A stretch of 64,000 nt of DNA from the human T2T-CHM13v2.0 reference genome, Homo sapiens (GCF_009914755.1 NC_060935.1), one strand, 5' to 3'; counted from the stretch's first letter, positions 21,514-35,167 are shown. A program made the numbers and translations. The notes: a model not told the origin generated them from the letters alone.

Positions 21514-21819
21514 CAGTCACATGCCACTGAACGTCAGGGACACATTCTGAGAAATGCATTATAAGACTGTTTCGTCATTGTGGGGACATCGTAGACTGTG
21601 TTCACACAAGCCTAGGTGGTACAGCCTGCTTCGCACCTAGGCCACATGATAGAGCCTGTTGTTTCTAGGATACACACCTGTACAGCATGTGACTGTACTG
21701 AACAGTGTAGGTGACTGTAACACAATGGCAAATATTTGGGCATCTAAACACAGAAAAGGTAGAGCAAAAATACGGTATTATAATCTGATGAGATCACCAC
21801 CCTATGATGTGCACGACTG
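21514..21819 (+). mobile_element. Tigger3a (MER7A)-like DNA transposon
   Basis: cagtca...cattctgagaaatgc...cctgtacagcatgtgactgtactgaa...gcacgactg. Confidence 0.8.
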
Positions 21820-23186
21820 GGTTTGTAACTATGACATGGTCCGCATCGCTCTTCCTCCTGTGCTACATTGTCTGTTCCAGAGCTATAGCCTGAGGACTGG
21901 GCTTCATTGCTGAATGCAGTCCTGTATCCAGACATTTGGTTCTGTTAATGCAGCCCAAAGCTGCACTTGGCTGCTGCTGAGCATGGGGTCAGCCAAGACC
22001 CCTGGATCTATGTGAAGCACGCCTTGCACCCAAGAACCCATGAGACCCTCGTCATGGACCAGGCCCCATGGCAGGAGCTAAGGGCAATTCTCAGACCTAG
22101 AATCCTCACTTGCCTTTTTCAGGCAAAGACAGGGAATTGATGGGCATCCTGAGCCTCCGTCCTTCAGTGCTCTGGGAGCCCAGGCAGCTGTCAGGAAAGG
22201 GACAAGGCCAGGGACTGGGAATGTGGAGGGAAGGGGCAGGTTTGAGGAGATCCTGGGTGATGAGAGAGGGACTCTCCAGGCTAGGGCATAGATGCCCTGG
22301 GTCCCCCTATCCCAGCCTCTTACATCTCTCAGTGAAGCCATGTCCGCTGCCCATGACAGGGAGTCTGGCTGTAACCATCTTTTGGAAGCTGGATGCCGGG
22401 CTAGTGGCAGTGGTTGGAGCAATGCTACCTCCTAGTGGTCTGATCTGCAAGTGCAGTCAATGGATGTGCCAGAGATCTCAGAGCTGCCCTCTGGGACCCC
22501 CACCCCACCTCTCCTGGGGTCACAGACTGCCTTTTGGTCAGCCTGTCTTAGTCTTGTCTGTAGCCACCTGTCAGCCTGCCTCCAGCTGTTTTTACCTCAG
22601 CATGTCCCTTCCGTTCTGGCTCATGTTAGCCGTCGCTCTGTGGCATATCTCTCTTACTCTGTCTGCCCTGCTGGCTTGGGCTGTCCGTTCCTCCATGTCT
22701 CATTCCATCAGTTTTCACCTCACCCTCTGCTGGGCCCTGGCTCTCTATTCTGCTTCTCACTTGTTTTGGACTTCTCCCTGCCCCCTATACCCTGTCCCTG
22801 TGTCCCCGAGCTGGGGTCATGCCTGGGGTCATGTCTGCCCTCTTCTTAACATTGAAGCTGGTTCTTGAGAAATACAGAGGCTTTTCTGCTTTTTCCAGGA
22901 TGAGTCAGGAACTCCTGGAGTGAGAAGGGCTCAGGCCTCACCCAGCAGTGACCTCAGAGAGGGTGTGCAAGGTCAGAAGAGCCTCCAGCTGAGCTCAGCA
23001 CTGTGACAACAGACTTTCCAAAATATGCTTAAGGGTCTGGCCGGGGCTGGACATGCTCCAGCAGGTGTCAGGGAAGAAGAATGAGCAAGCTGGCTGAGTC
23101 TGAGCCTGGCCCCGCCTAATGTTGTCTCCTCCCTGAAGCCTCCCCTCCCTTCTGTGCTACCACAGTTCTTAGGTCTGTGGCGTCCT

Positions 23187-23380
23187 GAAGCCACTGGTGC
23201 CATGTGATGGTTTGCATTTCAATTAATTAAAATTACATGAAATGAAAGACTCAGTTCCTCAGTCACACTAGCCACATTTCAGATGCTGAATGTCCACACA
23301 TGGCTAATGGCTGTTGACCATATTGAGTAGCACAGAAGAGAACATTAGCCGCATCACGGAAAGTTCCATTAGTCAGCACC
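23187..23380 (-). mobile_element. MER3 (hAT-Charlie)
   Basis: cagttcctcagtcacactagccacatttcagatgct...gaaagttccattagtcagcac. Confidence 0.75.
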
Positions 23381-23514
23381 TTCTTAGAATAATCTTTGGA
23401 AAACATCCCTTTCTTCTTTTACTTTCCTACCCTCAGAGGGAGGATAGGATCATAATGTGTCCATCTCAGGATCCCTAGGGTCCAGCATGTCACGTTATAT
23501 ACATTTGTTGGCTG

Positions 23515-23977
23515 GTTGGCTAGATGGATATATGGATGGATGGGTGAAGGGAGGGAGGGAGAGAGGGATGGGTATATGGGTGGATAGATGGGTGGGTAGA
23601 TAAGTAGATGGATGATGGATGGATGGATATATAGATGAATAGATGGATGGTGGGTGGGTGGGTGGAAAGATGGGTAGGTAGACGAATAGATGGATGAATG
23701 ATGGATAGTGGGTGGGTGGAAAGATGGGTAGGTAGATGAATAGATGGATGAATGATGGATAATGGATGGATATATAGATGGATGGATATATAGGTGGATG
23801 AGTGGGTGGATGAGTGGGTGGATATACGGATGGATGGATGGGTGGATGGGTGGATGGTTGGATAAATGAATGGATAGATGGATGGATGAGTGGATGGATG
23901 GTTGGGTGGGTGGCTGGACATGTGGCTGAGTAGATGAATGGATGGATGGATATATGGATGGATGGATGGATAGATGG
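23515..23977. repeat. (GGAT/GGGT/AGAT)n simple repeat, about 460 bp
   Basis: Degenerate tetranucleotide array; includes a 54-bp block duplicated at 23654-23707 and 23708-23761. Confidence 0.95.
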
Positions 23978-25502
23978 AAGCTTGAATTCCCAAATTTCTA
24001 TGCCATGGAAGTCACAGGGGGACCAAGGAAGTGGGCAGAGTTGCCTCTGAACTGGCCAGGTGAGCTGGTCTGTGGAGATGTTGCTCTGCTCCAGGTTCTG
24101 CAAATGAACAGAGGGGCTTTGATGACCCTCAGCCTGAAAACTTGAACTTGTGAGTAGCTCTCAGGGGACTTAGAGCTACAAGAGCTTGGGGGTTTCTGCA
24201 GGTAAAGCGAAGGACTGAAGGGTCAGCTGTGGGGACTTCCTGTTTCAGGGTGAGCACCTAGCTGTGTCTAGGGTGGAAGTAGCCAAGGTGGCTGGGAGTG
24301 GATGAGCTGGAGGAAGGGTAGCCAGATCCAGGCCTCAGGGATGGGCTGTCTGGGCTCACCCTTCTGCAGCTTGAACCCCAAGGAGTGGGGCCAGGTTCTG
24401 GGAGAGGGATGGGGCAGCTGCAAGGCTTGAGTCCAGCTCAGTCAAGGGCAGACAGGAGTTGAGGCCAACCTGGGAGGAACCCTTCCCAACACAAACCGTT
24501 ACCAGCAGCTGGACCTGGACAGCCAGGGCGGTAGTGGTCTGACCCAGAGCAGGAGTCTGATCCAGCAGGAGCAGGAGCTCAGTGGCAGCCTCTGTTCTAT
24601 CCCCATGGGCTGCTCTCCACTCAGTACTCCGGAAGGCTCCTGAGCAAACTTGCTGCCTTGTTTGGACTGCTCTGAAGGGGAAAGGATCTGCTCATCCCTG
24701 GGCGGGAGAGAGGGTGGTGCACGCCACAGTTAATTCAACAGACACTTGCTGAGCACTCACTGGCTGCCAGGCGTGTGTCAGCGCGGGGGGTCTGTGTTGA
24801 GGATGCCACAGTCTTGCCCTGGAGAGTACCTGACCCTAGCAGACGTCAGGTGACCCAGAGCCACAGAAGAGCAGAGGAAGGAATGAAGAGGGCGGGACTG
24901 TGGCTTCGCAGGGGCACGGCTTGCAGAGGTCAGTGTGCCGATTCTGCAGCCTCACTGTGCAGGTTCCACTTACAGATAGATGGTAGTAGCATCACGGGCA
25001 AATTACTTGGCCTTTTGTGACTCCTATTTGTTTGTTTGTGTTTTTGAAATCTACAATGCAGGATAGTAAAGTAATAGTGTGGAACCCATAGAACTGTTGT
25101 GAGTTCATTCATGAGAAGTGTTCAGAATGGTGCCTGGTACACAGCAAGCATTATATAAACCCATGCTATTAGCATTACGGAGCTACCTCTCTCCGCTTTG
25201 GTTCTACTGGATTGATCAGACACCTTCTTCCCCAGGGAGGTAGCTGGAGGGGAGCAGTGGTGGTGTGAGGGGAGGAGAAAAAGTGGAGGTTTGGGTGCTG
25301 CAAGTGTTCCTGCTTTTCTGAACCTCATCCCTTGTCTGGGGGTGAAGAGAGGTGGGCAAAGGGAAAGCCCAGGTGTCAGGACCCGCCATGATCTCCAGGG
25401 ACCAATGCACAGCATTGTCTGGGCTAGGGAGGATGCTGGCCTTCCAGGGTCCTCTAGTCCAGAGAGGGAAAGAAGCGCAAGAGGGCACAATGAGCTCTTT
25501 CC

Positions 25503-25697
<195 letters not shown>

Positions 25698-25699
25698 TA

Positions 25700-26280
25700 A
25701 ATTTCCAAAGCATATATGCTCCATGTTACATGTTCAAAAAGCATAGTTCAAAAAACATAAAAAGCACAAAATGAAAGCCTCCCTCTGAAATCCCTTCTGC
25801 CTCATCAACCCCCTCAACCCTTCCTGCAAAACCTAGTTCTTGAGATTAAACACCATTAATAATTTAGAGTGCATCCTTTCCAGGCCTTATGTATATTTTA
25901 ATAATCTAAACACACACATGCATACATACCATTTTGTATAAAAAGAAAGGAAAGAAAATTATATAATATTACACACATTATTCTGCAACCTGATTTTCCA
26001 CCCATGATATGCCATGGAAATCCTTTCATGTTAGTACGTCTGGACCACTTCATGGCTTTTACTGCTTCAGAGTATTCTATCGTGTGGATGTATTATAATT
26101 TTTAAAAACCACTTACCCAGTAATGGACACTTAGGTGGTTTCCCATCTTTTGAGATTGCTAACAATTCTGCTGTGAGCATCCCTGCATATGCAGCTGTGT
26201 CTGCATGCAAGTGTTTCTGAGACTGAATTCCCCAAGAGGAATTGCAGAGTGACAGGGAATGTGCATTTTAAAAGGTGATG
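25700..26280 (-). mobile_element. L1ME-type 3' fragment
   Basis: ggacacttaggtggtttcccatctttt...ggaattgcagagt resembles an L1M 3' region. Confidence 0.6.
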
Positions 26281-26529
26281 GGTAGTAGGTAGGCATATTT
26301 TTAGGGTTTGTATCAAACTCCCATGGGAACCCCTGTATGTCCAGAGAGTGGGCGAACCGTGTTATGTGGGGAGCACAATGCTGGTGACCCAGGTCTCCAC
26401 ACTCTCAGGCTGTTGGGCCCACTTGACATGGGACCACTGCCCCCTGCCTCCCAGCACCTTTGCTTCCTTCCCGTGGGCCTGATGCTGCCTGGGAATCCTC
26501 CTGAATCTCCATAGCCCATTCATTTCCTC

Positions 26530-29010
26530 TTGCGGTGACATATCTGTTCTGTCCCTGTGCTCTTCCCTGGAGCCTCCATTTCTACTCTCAGCTGATGATG
26601 TCACTTCCTGTCTCACTGAGAAAATAGAAGCCACTGGGAGAGAATGTCCATGGTCCCCACCCCCACACCACACACCTGCTTGCATCTGCCTGGGTCTTCT
26701 GCTTCCTTCCTGGGCTGAGGCAACCCCTCCACTCTGTATGACCAGATCTTCAAAAAAATACTATTATTGAGATATAACTCATACTCCATGAAATTAACCC
26801 CTTTAAAGTGTACAATTTAGTGCTTTTTAGCGTGTTCACAGAGTTGTGTAACATTTACCGCCACCTAATTCCAGAACATTTTCATCCCCACGGGAAACCC
26901 CGTTCCTATTAGCAGTCAGTCCTCATTCCCCCTCCCTGGTCCCTGGAGACCACCGATCTATGCTGTCTCTGAAGAAATCTAGTCTCTCCAGACTCACCTG
27001 TTCTAGACATTTCATATAAATGGAGTCACACACCATGTGGTCTTTCGCTACTGGCTTCTTTCACTTGGCATTTTGTACTCACGGCTCATCCATGTTGTAG
27101 CCTGTATCAGAACTTTGTTCTTTTTTATGGCTGAATAATATTCCATTGGTCAGTTGATAGACATTGGTGTCGTTTCTACTTTTTGGCTCTTACAGACAAT
27201 GTTGTTATGAATATTTGTGTGCATGTTTTTGTGTGGTTGTATGTTTCTGGTTCTCTTAGGTACATACTTAGGAGTAGAATTGCTGGGTCATATGGTAACT
27301 GCAGGTTTAACTTTTAGAAGAACTGCCAAACTGTTATCCAAAGTGGCTGTATCATTTTACATTCCCACCAGCAGGGCCTGGGGGTTCCAGTTTCTCCCCA
27401 TTCTTGTGATTGCCTGGTGTTCCATTCTAGCCCTCTGGCGGCTGTGAAGTGCATCTCCTCTGGAAGCACAGTCAGATCTTCTCATCTGCTTGAGGACAGC
27501 ACTCTCATATTTCTCCCTGACCTCTCCTTCAATACGTTTTTCCCTTTGTACCCCAATCACCCGTCAGCATGGAGGCAAGCTCGTATTTTTTCCCGCCTTG
27601 AAAAAACTCTCTTGACTCACGGCCCCTCCAGCTAGCTCCCCATCTCTCTTCTCTCTTTTACAGCAAAATCCCACAAAAGAATTGTCTCAACTTGTCTCTG
27701 ATTTCTCTCTTTTCATTCTCCTTTGAACATACTCTTGTCAGACTTTTGTCCCCACTCTGACCACAATCAAGGTCACCAGTGACCTCTACATTGCTAACCC
27801 CAGGGGACCTTTCTCAGCCCTGACTTAAGGATCAGTGGCTTTTTACGTGGTTGGTCGCTTCCTCCTCTTTTCTGACTTGGGTTCCTGGGAGCCCCCCTTC
27901 CTGGTGTCCTCTCTTTCGCTGGCTCCTCCTTCTCATTCTCCCCAATTCCTCAACATCTTCCTGATCTGGAAATGTCAGAGGGCCCTGGGGCTCTCTCCTT
28001 GGTCCCTTCGCTCTGCTTTCAGAGTGTCTGATATCTCATCCGGTCTCACTCTGAATGTCACCCAAGTGCTGATGACTTGCGGATTGTAGCTCTAGGCAGG
28101 GCCTCTCCTCTGAGCTCCACACTCATTTATCAACAGCCCCCGTGACATTTCACCTGACAACTCTGACCGTCAATTCCCAAACGGAACTCCTGACTTCTCC
28201 CATTGAGCCTCAGCAAAAGACAGTACTGGGACAGCTTCTTTCTCTACCTAAGGCCAAGGCCTTGGCATCGTCCTTGACTCCTTTCTCTCTTACACCTGGG
28301 AGAATCCTGCCATTTTCACCTCCCCACTGTCTTTGCTACCCCAGGGCCAAGGTGCTTGGAGGTTGCAGTGGACTCCTAACTGATGTCTGTTTCCACCCTT
28401 GACCCCACGGTCTGTTCTCAACACAGTGCCCAGAGAGATCCTCTTAAAACACAAGCTAGTTACGCCATCCCCCTGCTCAGAGCCCGGCCATGAAGCCCCA
28501 TGTCATGGAGGCAAAGCCCTCGCCATGGCCCACAGGGTCCTTCAGGGTCTGCCCCCACCCCTGCCCTCTCCAGCCTCCACATAATCCTCAGGGCCTTTTT
28601 CTGTTCTTCAGACCCTCCAGGCAGGCCTCGGGCCTTCGCGCTTGCTGTGCCTGCTCTCTGGGATGCCCTAGCTCAGAAGTCTGCTCAACTCTCTCCTCGT
28701 CTCCTCCCAGGCTTTACGCAAATGTCACTGCCTGGGTGAGACCGTGTCTGGCCACTTTGTGTAAAACCACAGCCTCCCTGACACTACTCACCGCTTCCGG
28801 CTTTATTTTTCTCCTGGGTGCTCATCCCTCTAATACACCGTCTGTTTTACGTGTTGACCTTACTTATGCATTACCTCTTTCCCCCATTAGGATGTAATCT
28901 CTGCAAGGGCAGGGCTTTTAGTCTGTTTCTTCACTACTGTATACCCAACCTCTAACATCACTCCTGTCCCAAGGGAGGTGCTGAGTCAATATTTGCTGGA
29001 TGCCTGATTC
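26530..29010 (+). mobile_element. L2 (L2a-like) long fragment interrupted by an L1MB piece
   Basis: cactgagaaaatagaagc; caaggtcaccagtgacctctacattgctaa; 3' end ttcactactgtatacccaacctct...aatatttgctggatg. Confidence 0.75.
26752..27410 (-). mobile_element. L1MB-type 3' end
   Basis: tattgagatataactcata...tttaaagtgtacaatt...ttttatggctgaataatattccattg. Confidence 0.8.
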
Positions 29011-29069
29011 AAGGCCTGCGGTCTGGAAGTTCTCCGATGGTGGAGCGGCCCCTACGGCCACGCCGCGGT

Positions 29070-29088
29070 CGGCCAGGAGGTGGCGCTG
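29070..29088 (+). promoter_or_regulatory. CTCF motif within a CpG-rich patch (about 29015-29420)
   Basis: CGGCCAGGAGGTGGCGCTG matches YGRCCASYAGRKGGCRSYR at 18 of 19 positions. Confidence 0.6.
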
Positions 29089-32000
29089 TGACTGCAGAAA
29101 TGGCGGGCTCCGGCTGCCCGGCCTCTTCTCAGGAATGAATGCACCTGGGACTTCCCGCTTCGGAGGCAACGCGCTGCGGGTGGGGGGCGCGGAGGTACGG
29201 CCGTGTGCGCCCCCAGGTCAACCTGCTGCCTTTCTCATCTCTGGCAGGACTCCGGGGAACCTGTGCTTATTTCTGGGCTGGTGAGGGTCACCAACACCAC
29301 CCTGATCCCAGGCCCGGTGACGTCTGTCCGGGGCAGCCTCTGGAAGCCGAGTGGATTTGGTTGGACGCCCGAGTCTTTCCTGGGCCCTGGGACAGGGGTG
29401 AGGTTTCCGTGCCCGCCTGCTCTTGCTCTCAGCCATGGGACCTGTCCTGCCCTGGCCTGCATCCAGCTCTGAGCCTCCTCAGCAGCCAGGAGAGGCCCTC
29501 GGCTCAGGGCTCCTCACAGCTGGCTTTTGGAGGTGCCAGCGAGGATGCTGCCGTTCCTGGCCCTGCTACTTGTCGGCTGGGTGACCTTGGGCAAGTGCTG
29601 AGCCTCAGTGTTGTCATCTGTTCGATGGGAGAGACACGCCTGCCTTGATGGTAGTGGGGAAGGTTAGATACTTGTAAAATCCCATTTGGTTCTGGGCAGG
29701 TGCGGAGCAGGTGCCCTTGGCCAGTGCCAGCTCCCATTGAGGCAGTGGGCAGTGCCAGGGCTGGCTGGGCGTTGGGGTCCGACCCAAGGGGCTGCCCCAG
29801 GCCCCGCATGTTCATGCATTCACTCCGACACCTGTGCAACGTGGCTCTCAAGGGCCTGGTGCTGTGTAGGGGATTGGGGGAACCATAGGGATGAAAAAGA
29901 CTTTGCCCCTGCATTCCAGAAGCTGAGAACTAATGGGAGAGACAGGAATAATCCTACGTGAAACAAAGTTAAATAACAAAGATGAGACAAAGCACAAGAG
30001 GTGTGGGCAGGCTGCCGGTGATAAATGCCCAGCGAGCAGGACAGATAGGAAGTGCTTCCAGCCCCGCCAGAGAAGCAGTGGGCTGTGTGGTCCAGGGAGG
30101 TCACTGCCAGGCTTGGGGCCAGGAGGCAGGCAGAGGTCATGGCCGTGGCTGTGGAGGTAACCAGCCTGCAATGAGGCCCGCTGCGCCTCTTTCCCCCACT
30201 GATGTCCTCTCCCCATGGCCTGGTCTTGGGCTGGTTTCCAGAGGCTGCTCCTGACTGTGATCCAGGGTTCAGGCTTTTGAAAGGAAGGGTGGGCTGGAGG
30301 GTGTCTGCCGCCTGCCTGGGACTGGGACTGGGGCTGGCACCAGCCGAGGCCCCCTGGAATCTGACCTGGCCCTTGACCAGAGAAGGTTCCAGGGATGGTG
30401 CTGTGCATGGACATCGCAGAGCGGGAAGGTGCCCTGAGCCAAGGGCACCTGGACCCACTGAGCATTGGTTGGGGTGGGGATGGGGGAGCTCGTACCACTG
30501 GGATGGGAGGTCCTCCCCTGGGAACAGGGGTCAGTTAGGACACTTCTGCTGGACTCTGAAGATGGGGAGCATGATGACGGACGTCACCACCCTGCCCGCA
30601 AAGTCCTAGTGTAACTTCTGGGAAACAAAACTGCCAAGAGCCTGTGAAAGCCGCTACATCTAGGGGATGAGAAAAAATGCAGAGGTCGTGGGCACAGTTT
30701 CCTGGTGAGACCTCCAGCACCATGTCCAATCAACCTGTGGCCCACTTTCCTCCAATGCATTTTCCAGGTTATGCCCAGGCAGGAAGCTGTCAGGATCTTG
30801 GGTTAGCATGGGATGAGTCTTGGGGAGGGTGGAATGGCTCCAACACCCTCCAACCCTTCGCCTTCACAGACCTGTGGCTACCATCCCTGCCAACATCAGT
30901 GCAGTGCCCAGCCTGCAGCCAACTTCCTGTGCCAAATCTTAGACCTGCTGCCTCCACCCTTCTCCCCACCTTCCCCCCTCTTTTACCTTGGTCCTGTCAG
31001 TTTCCCCGAGGGGGAGATTGAGACAGCTGGGAAGGACCCAGGAGCCCGGGATGCTTCTCATCACCAGAGATCCTGTCCTGCCAATGCTCGCCCCTCCAAG
31101 CAGCTGTCTCTGGGTCTCCTTCTGCCGGGGAAGCTGTCATCTTGGGTGGCCCGGCAGGCACTGGGCAGAGAGGCCCAGGCTGGTCCTGGAGGGTCTGCTG
31201 CCTCTGCCCCTCCCGCCTGTCTGGACTTGGTGCTCAGCTCTGCCCATGTTCTGGTGTGGCCCAGCTGCCTGCCTGGTACAGAGGACTACTGCTGGGTCTG
31301 TGGCTGGGACACGCACCCTCCCTCATGGCACCCTCCCTCATGGCACAAAGCACAGCGAGCGCTCACTTAGATTAATTAATCTGCTGCCCAGCCTGCTCCT
31401 CCGACCCGCTTTTTTATTCATGGACAAGCAGCGCTTTCTGCTTTACCAGGACTCAGGCATCAATATTTCATCCTTGCTTCGCATGCCAGCTTCCTGCTCC
31501 CTCCCTCCCGCCTCCTGCGGCTCTAGGACCCACAAGGTGCTAGGTCCTGGGGCACACTGGCCGCGCCTGGCTCAGCCTGGATGCCAGGAGGGCCTCTTAG
31601 GCCTCTCGACTGCCTTCCATGCACCAGAAGCCTTTCTGAGTCAGCAAGCTGAGGAAGCAAGGCAGAGTGGCTGGGCATGGAGGAGGGGGTCCCAGGAATC
31701 TGAGGGGTGTGGGGGGTCTAGTCTGGGGGAGGCTGGGGCTGGCTGGCCCAGTCCTGCCTTGGTGTTGCTGGGTTGTCAGGATCAGAGCTGAGGGCTGCGA
31801 AGTGCCAGGCACAGGTCCTGCACAGAGTCCTTCCCCTTTCCACCACAGTGTCTTGGCCAGTGTTCGTAACCCAGGTCTGTGGAGGGCCTTCTGGAGGGTC
31901 ATGAGCCCTGGAAACACAAAACCAAATGTGATGTGTGTGCATGTGTGCAAGAGTGAGTGTGTGTGAGTGTGAGTGTGAGAGAGAATGGGGGTGAGGATCC

Positions 32001-32139
32001 TTGGCTTTCACCAAGTTCTCAGCAGGGTCTATGAGCCATAAACGGTCATAAGCCACGTGATTCTAGGCAGGCCCAGCCTCCTCTTTTTAACATGGAAGGA
32101 AGAGAATTAATGGGGTTACTCACCCAGGGAGCCCCAAGG

Positions 32140-32375
32140 AGTAAGTGTGCGTGGCAATATGGGCGTTATGGGGGTGCAAATACACACCCTTGTGTGTGGG
32201 TGTGACTGTGTGTATGTGAGTATGAAAGCACGTATAAATGTATGAGTGTGAATGTGAGGATGCAAAATTGTATGTGTGTGAGCATTTCGAGTGTATGAGG
32301 GCGTGTGAGCGGCTGTGTGTGAGAGTGCGTGTGTATGAGTGTGTGTGCATGTGTGAGCATGTGTGTGTGTTGTGT
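32140..32375. repeat. (TG)-rich low-complexity tract
   Basis: Degenerate TG/TGAG/TGTA repeats; a shorter tract lies at about 31927-31980. Confidence 0.85.
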
Positions 32376-32699
32376 GGTGGCACTGGGGTCACAGACACAC
32401 ATTGCTGTCCTGTGCTGGAGGAGCCCAGCACAGAGCTAATGAGGCAGTGACACCTGGGCGCTGGGGACAGGTTGGGCCTCCCTTCCCAGGCTGGCAGTGC
32501 TCACATCTCCGCGGGGGGTCTGTGGTCAGAGGGTGCCAGCTGGGCTGAGATGAAAACTGGGGAACTGCTCTGGCCTGGGCTGTGCTGGGCAGGAGTGGGG
32601 ACAGGGGTAAGGGGTGTGGGGAGGCAGCTGCAGCAAACTCCCCTTTGCGCTTAGTGTGGAAGCTTCGTGAGGGCACCGTGAAGCACTGCACTCCCCGCC

Positions 32700-33312
32700 T
32701 TTCCTCACACCCTATTCCCCATCAGCCAGGAAGTCCTGCCGCCAACCCTCCAAATACATCCAGAGCCCAACCAAACCCGCCCTGCCTCGGGTCCCTCCAT
32801 GGCCCCTGCAGTCCCTGCTTAGCACAGAGGCTCCGTCTTGCCTCTGCTCCCAGGAAAGCCAGGCTCTCAACTGCCCGGAGCCCAGACTGCTGCCCTGCAG
32901 CCCTCCCCACTGCCTGCACCTCGCTCAGGCGTGCCAGCCATCCCTACCGCACATGCCTGCACACCCGCACACCCACACACTCACACACCTGCACTACCCG
33001 CAGGCTCCCCCAGGGGCCTCTGCATTTTTCTTTCCTCACATGGCTGCCTGGCTCCCTCCCTCACCTCCTGCAAGTCTGCTGCCTGACCCTGTCCCTTTTA
33101 TTTCCCTCCATGGCATGCATGACCTTCTCACACCCCAGCCCATTGCTCGTCTGTGTTATTGCACTGTCTTCTGCCAACACAACAAAAGCTCCCTGAGGGC
33201 AGGAATTTTTATGTTTTGTCCACTGATTCATCCTAGAGCAGTGCGCACTGGGAAGGGCTCAACACATATTGGAGGGTAAATGAATGGGTGAATGAATAAA
33301 TGAATGGATGAA
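32700..33312 (+). mobile_element. L2 3' fragment
   Basis: aagctccctgagggcagg...tgttttgtccactg...tgaatgaataaatgaatg terminus. Confidence 0.65.
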
Positions 33313-34904
33313 TTGCCCATCCCATTCATCAGTGGCCTGTTTGGAACTACCCATGGGGGATGTATTTTTTTCCTCAGGCTTAAGGGCTAATAAAACCTTA
33401 GCTGTGTTGAAAAGCTGGTGTTCATTCATCAATGATTCGATATAGTTACTGTGCACCTACTGTGTGCTGGGCACTGTCCTCGCTGCTGGTAGAGGGTAAT
33501 GAACACGCAAGTAAACACCACTCCTTTCTCCCAGGGAGCGTTTGTCTCTTGGATTCTGAGGACCTTGTCACTGCTTTCCTTTCTGTGGTCACTGCCCCCA
33601 TGTTCAGAGCCAATTTTCTGAAATGTTCTGAGTACAAAAACATCCCCTCTGATCTCACCTCATTATTCTATGCTTCTTCTCCCTGTGTCTTGGTTGTTTT
33701 TGACAGAAAAGGGAAATTCATGACGAGCATGTGGAGCCCTTGGTGGCCCAGTGCAGGCCTGGGGAGCTGCCGGGTTGAGGCGCTCTTGTTTCTCTCTGGA
33801 ACCTCTCGGTCGCTACCTCTGCCCCTCACCTCTGTCTCTGGGTCTTTGCCACCTGCCTCCTCCTTTCCTCCCTCCTGGACCTGCTTTCCCTCTCACTTGC
33901 TGAAGATGAGGCCCCACCACTCTTGCTTTGATGAAATCATCCATTTATGTGTTTAATCTTATAGTATTATATGCATTCTTTTACATGATTTCAAAATCTT
34001 TTGGCAGCAAAATATGCATAAATGACTGCTTATAGATGAATGCACGTGCACGTGTGTGTTTGGGGAGGGGGTGGCGCTGGCTCTGCCTGGAGAAGTCCCC
34101 CCTCCCCAGTACAGATGGAAGATTCCCTGGAGAAGAAGCTTGAGGTGACAGAAGTCTTGCATTACAGGGGAGGTCCCTTGCTGCTGCTGCCCCGATAGAC
34201 CCCTTGGTTAACAGTCCATGTGACTTGCTCAGCCACAGCCTAGCATTGCTGGGTCTAGATACACTCTTGTTGACAGGTTGGTGAACCTGTCATCTCCTGG
34301 TTAGCTCTCCCCTCCCTGGCCCCGTCAGCCAGGCTTGAACTTCCTGGTCTCATTCCCAAGTGATGTCACTGGTCCTTTTGTCCTTGGCTCCCTGTGACTG
34401 TCCAGTGGCTGAGGTGACCCTGCAATCTGAAGCTTGGTGCCAGGAAAAGGGATGGATGGGGGTAAGGGAAACAAGGGCAACTGGCACAGAGAGCCAGAGA
34501 TGGGACACACTCAAGAGGGAGATTGGGAGGCTCCGGGGTGGGGTGGGAGGAACCAGGAGACTAACAGCCAAGCAGCCCTGTGTCCCAGGGTACCCAGTCC
34601 ACACCCCCTCCTTCAGCACCACAGCCTTGAACAGCATGGACTATAGGTGTTATGTTGGGTGTCGGGGGAGAGGGGTGTGATAGACAGAGAAGGTGATTTT
34701 GACCTGAAAGTCAGGGCAGAGACATCCCCATCCTCACTGTGGGTCCTGGGTCTGGGGTTCTTATTCTGACAATTAGCCCCCCATTTATTCCTTGTCCCAC
34801 AACTCCCACAAGGTACATTCTGGTTCAGGAAGAGGAGTCAGTGGGAGGAGAAGTAGCTCCCTCGGTGTCGTGGCTGAGGCTGTAAGGGGCAGAGGCTAAC
34901 TAGT

Positions 34905-35060
34905 CACATGCCTTTGAATGCCTTAAGCCACCTCTCTGTGCCTCAGCTTTTCCATCTGCACACTGGAGATGATAACAGTACCTGTCTTAGAGGATGGTAA
35001 GTATTAAATGAGTTAACAAGAGAAAGAATTTAGCAGAGTCCTGCACATAGTCAGCCACAG
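34905..35060 (+). mobile_element. MIR
   Basis: cctctctgtgcctcagcttttccatctg...attaaatgagttaa. Confidence 0.7.
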
Positions 35061-35075
35061 CATCAGAGTGGCTAG

Positions 35076-35167
35076 CAAATGACAATAATAGTGGCTAACC
35101 TGTGCAGGCTAACTGTGTGCAGGTTAGCACACAGCCTGCACAAGTTGGCCACTATTATTGTCATTTG
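35076..35167. repeat. Near-perfect inverted repeat (92-nt hairpin)
   Basis: 35076-35110 versus the reverse complement of 35133-35167: 33 of 35 identical. Confidence 0.95.

Noticed and set aside
22110-22868. 252-aa ORF with a hydrophobic stretch
   Set aside because: No recognisable domain, non-ATG start, pyrimidine-rich low-complexity DNA and no exon structure.
23495-24103. 202-aa and 157-aa His/Pro/Ser/Ile-rich ORFs
   Set aside because: Translations of the (CCAT)n simple repeat.
30988-31791. 267-aa ORF
   Set aside because: GC-rich chance ORF with no recognisable family.
34612-34640. REST/RE1 site (TTCAGCACC...)
   Set aside because: Only the left half matches; the right half GAACAGCAT is poor and non-canonically spaced.
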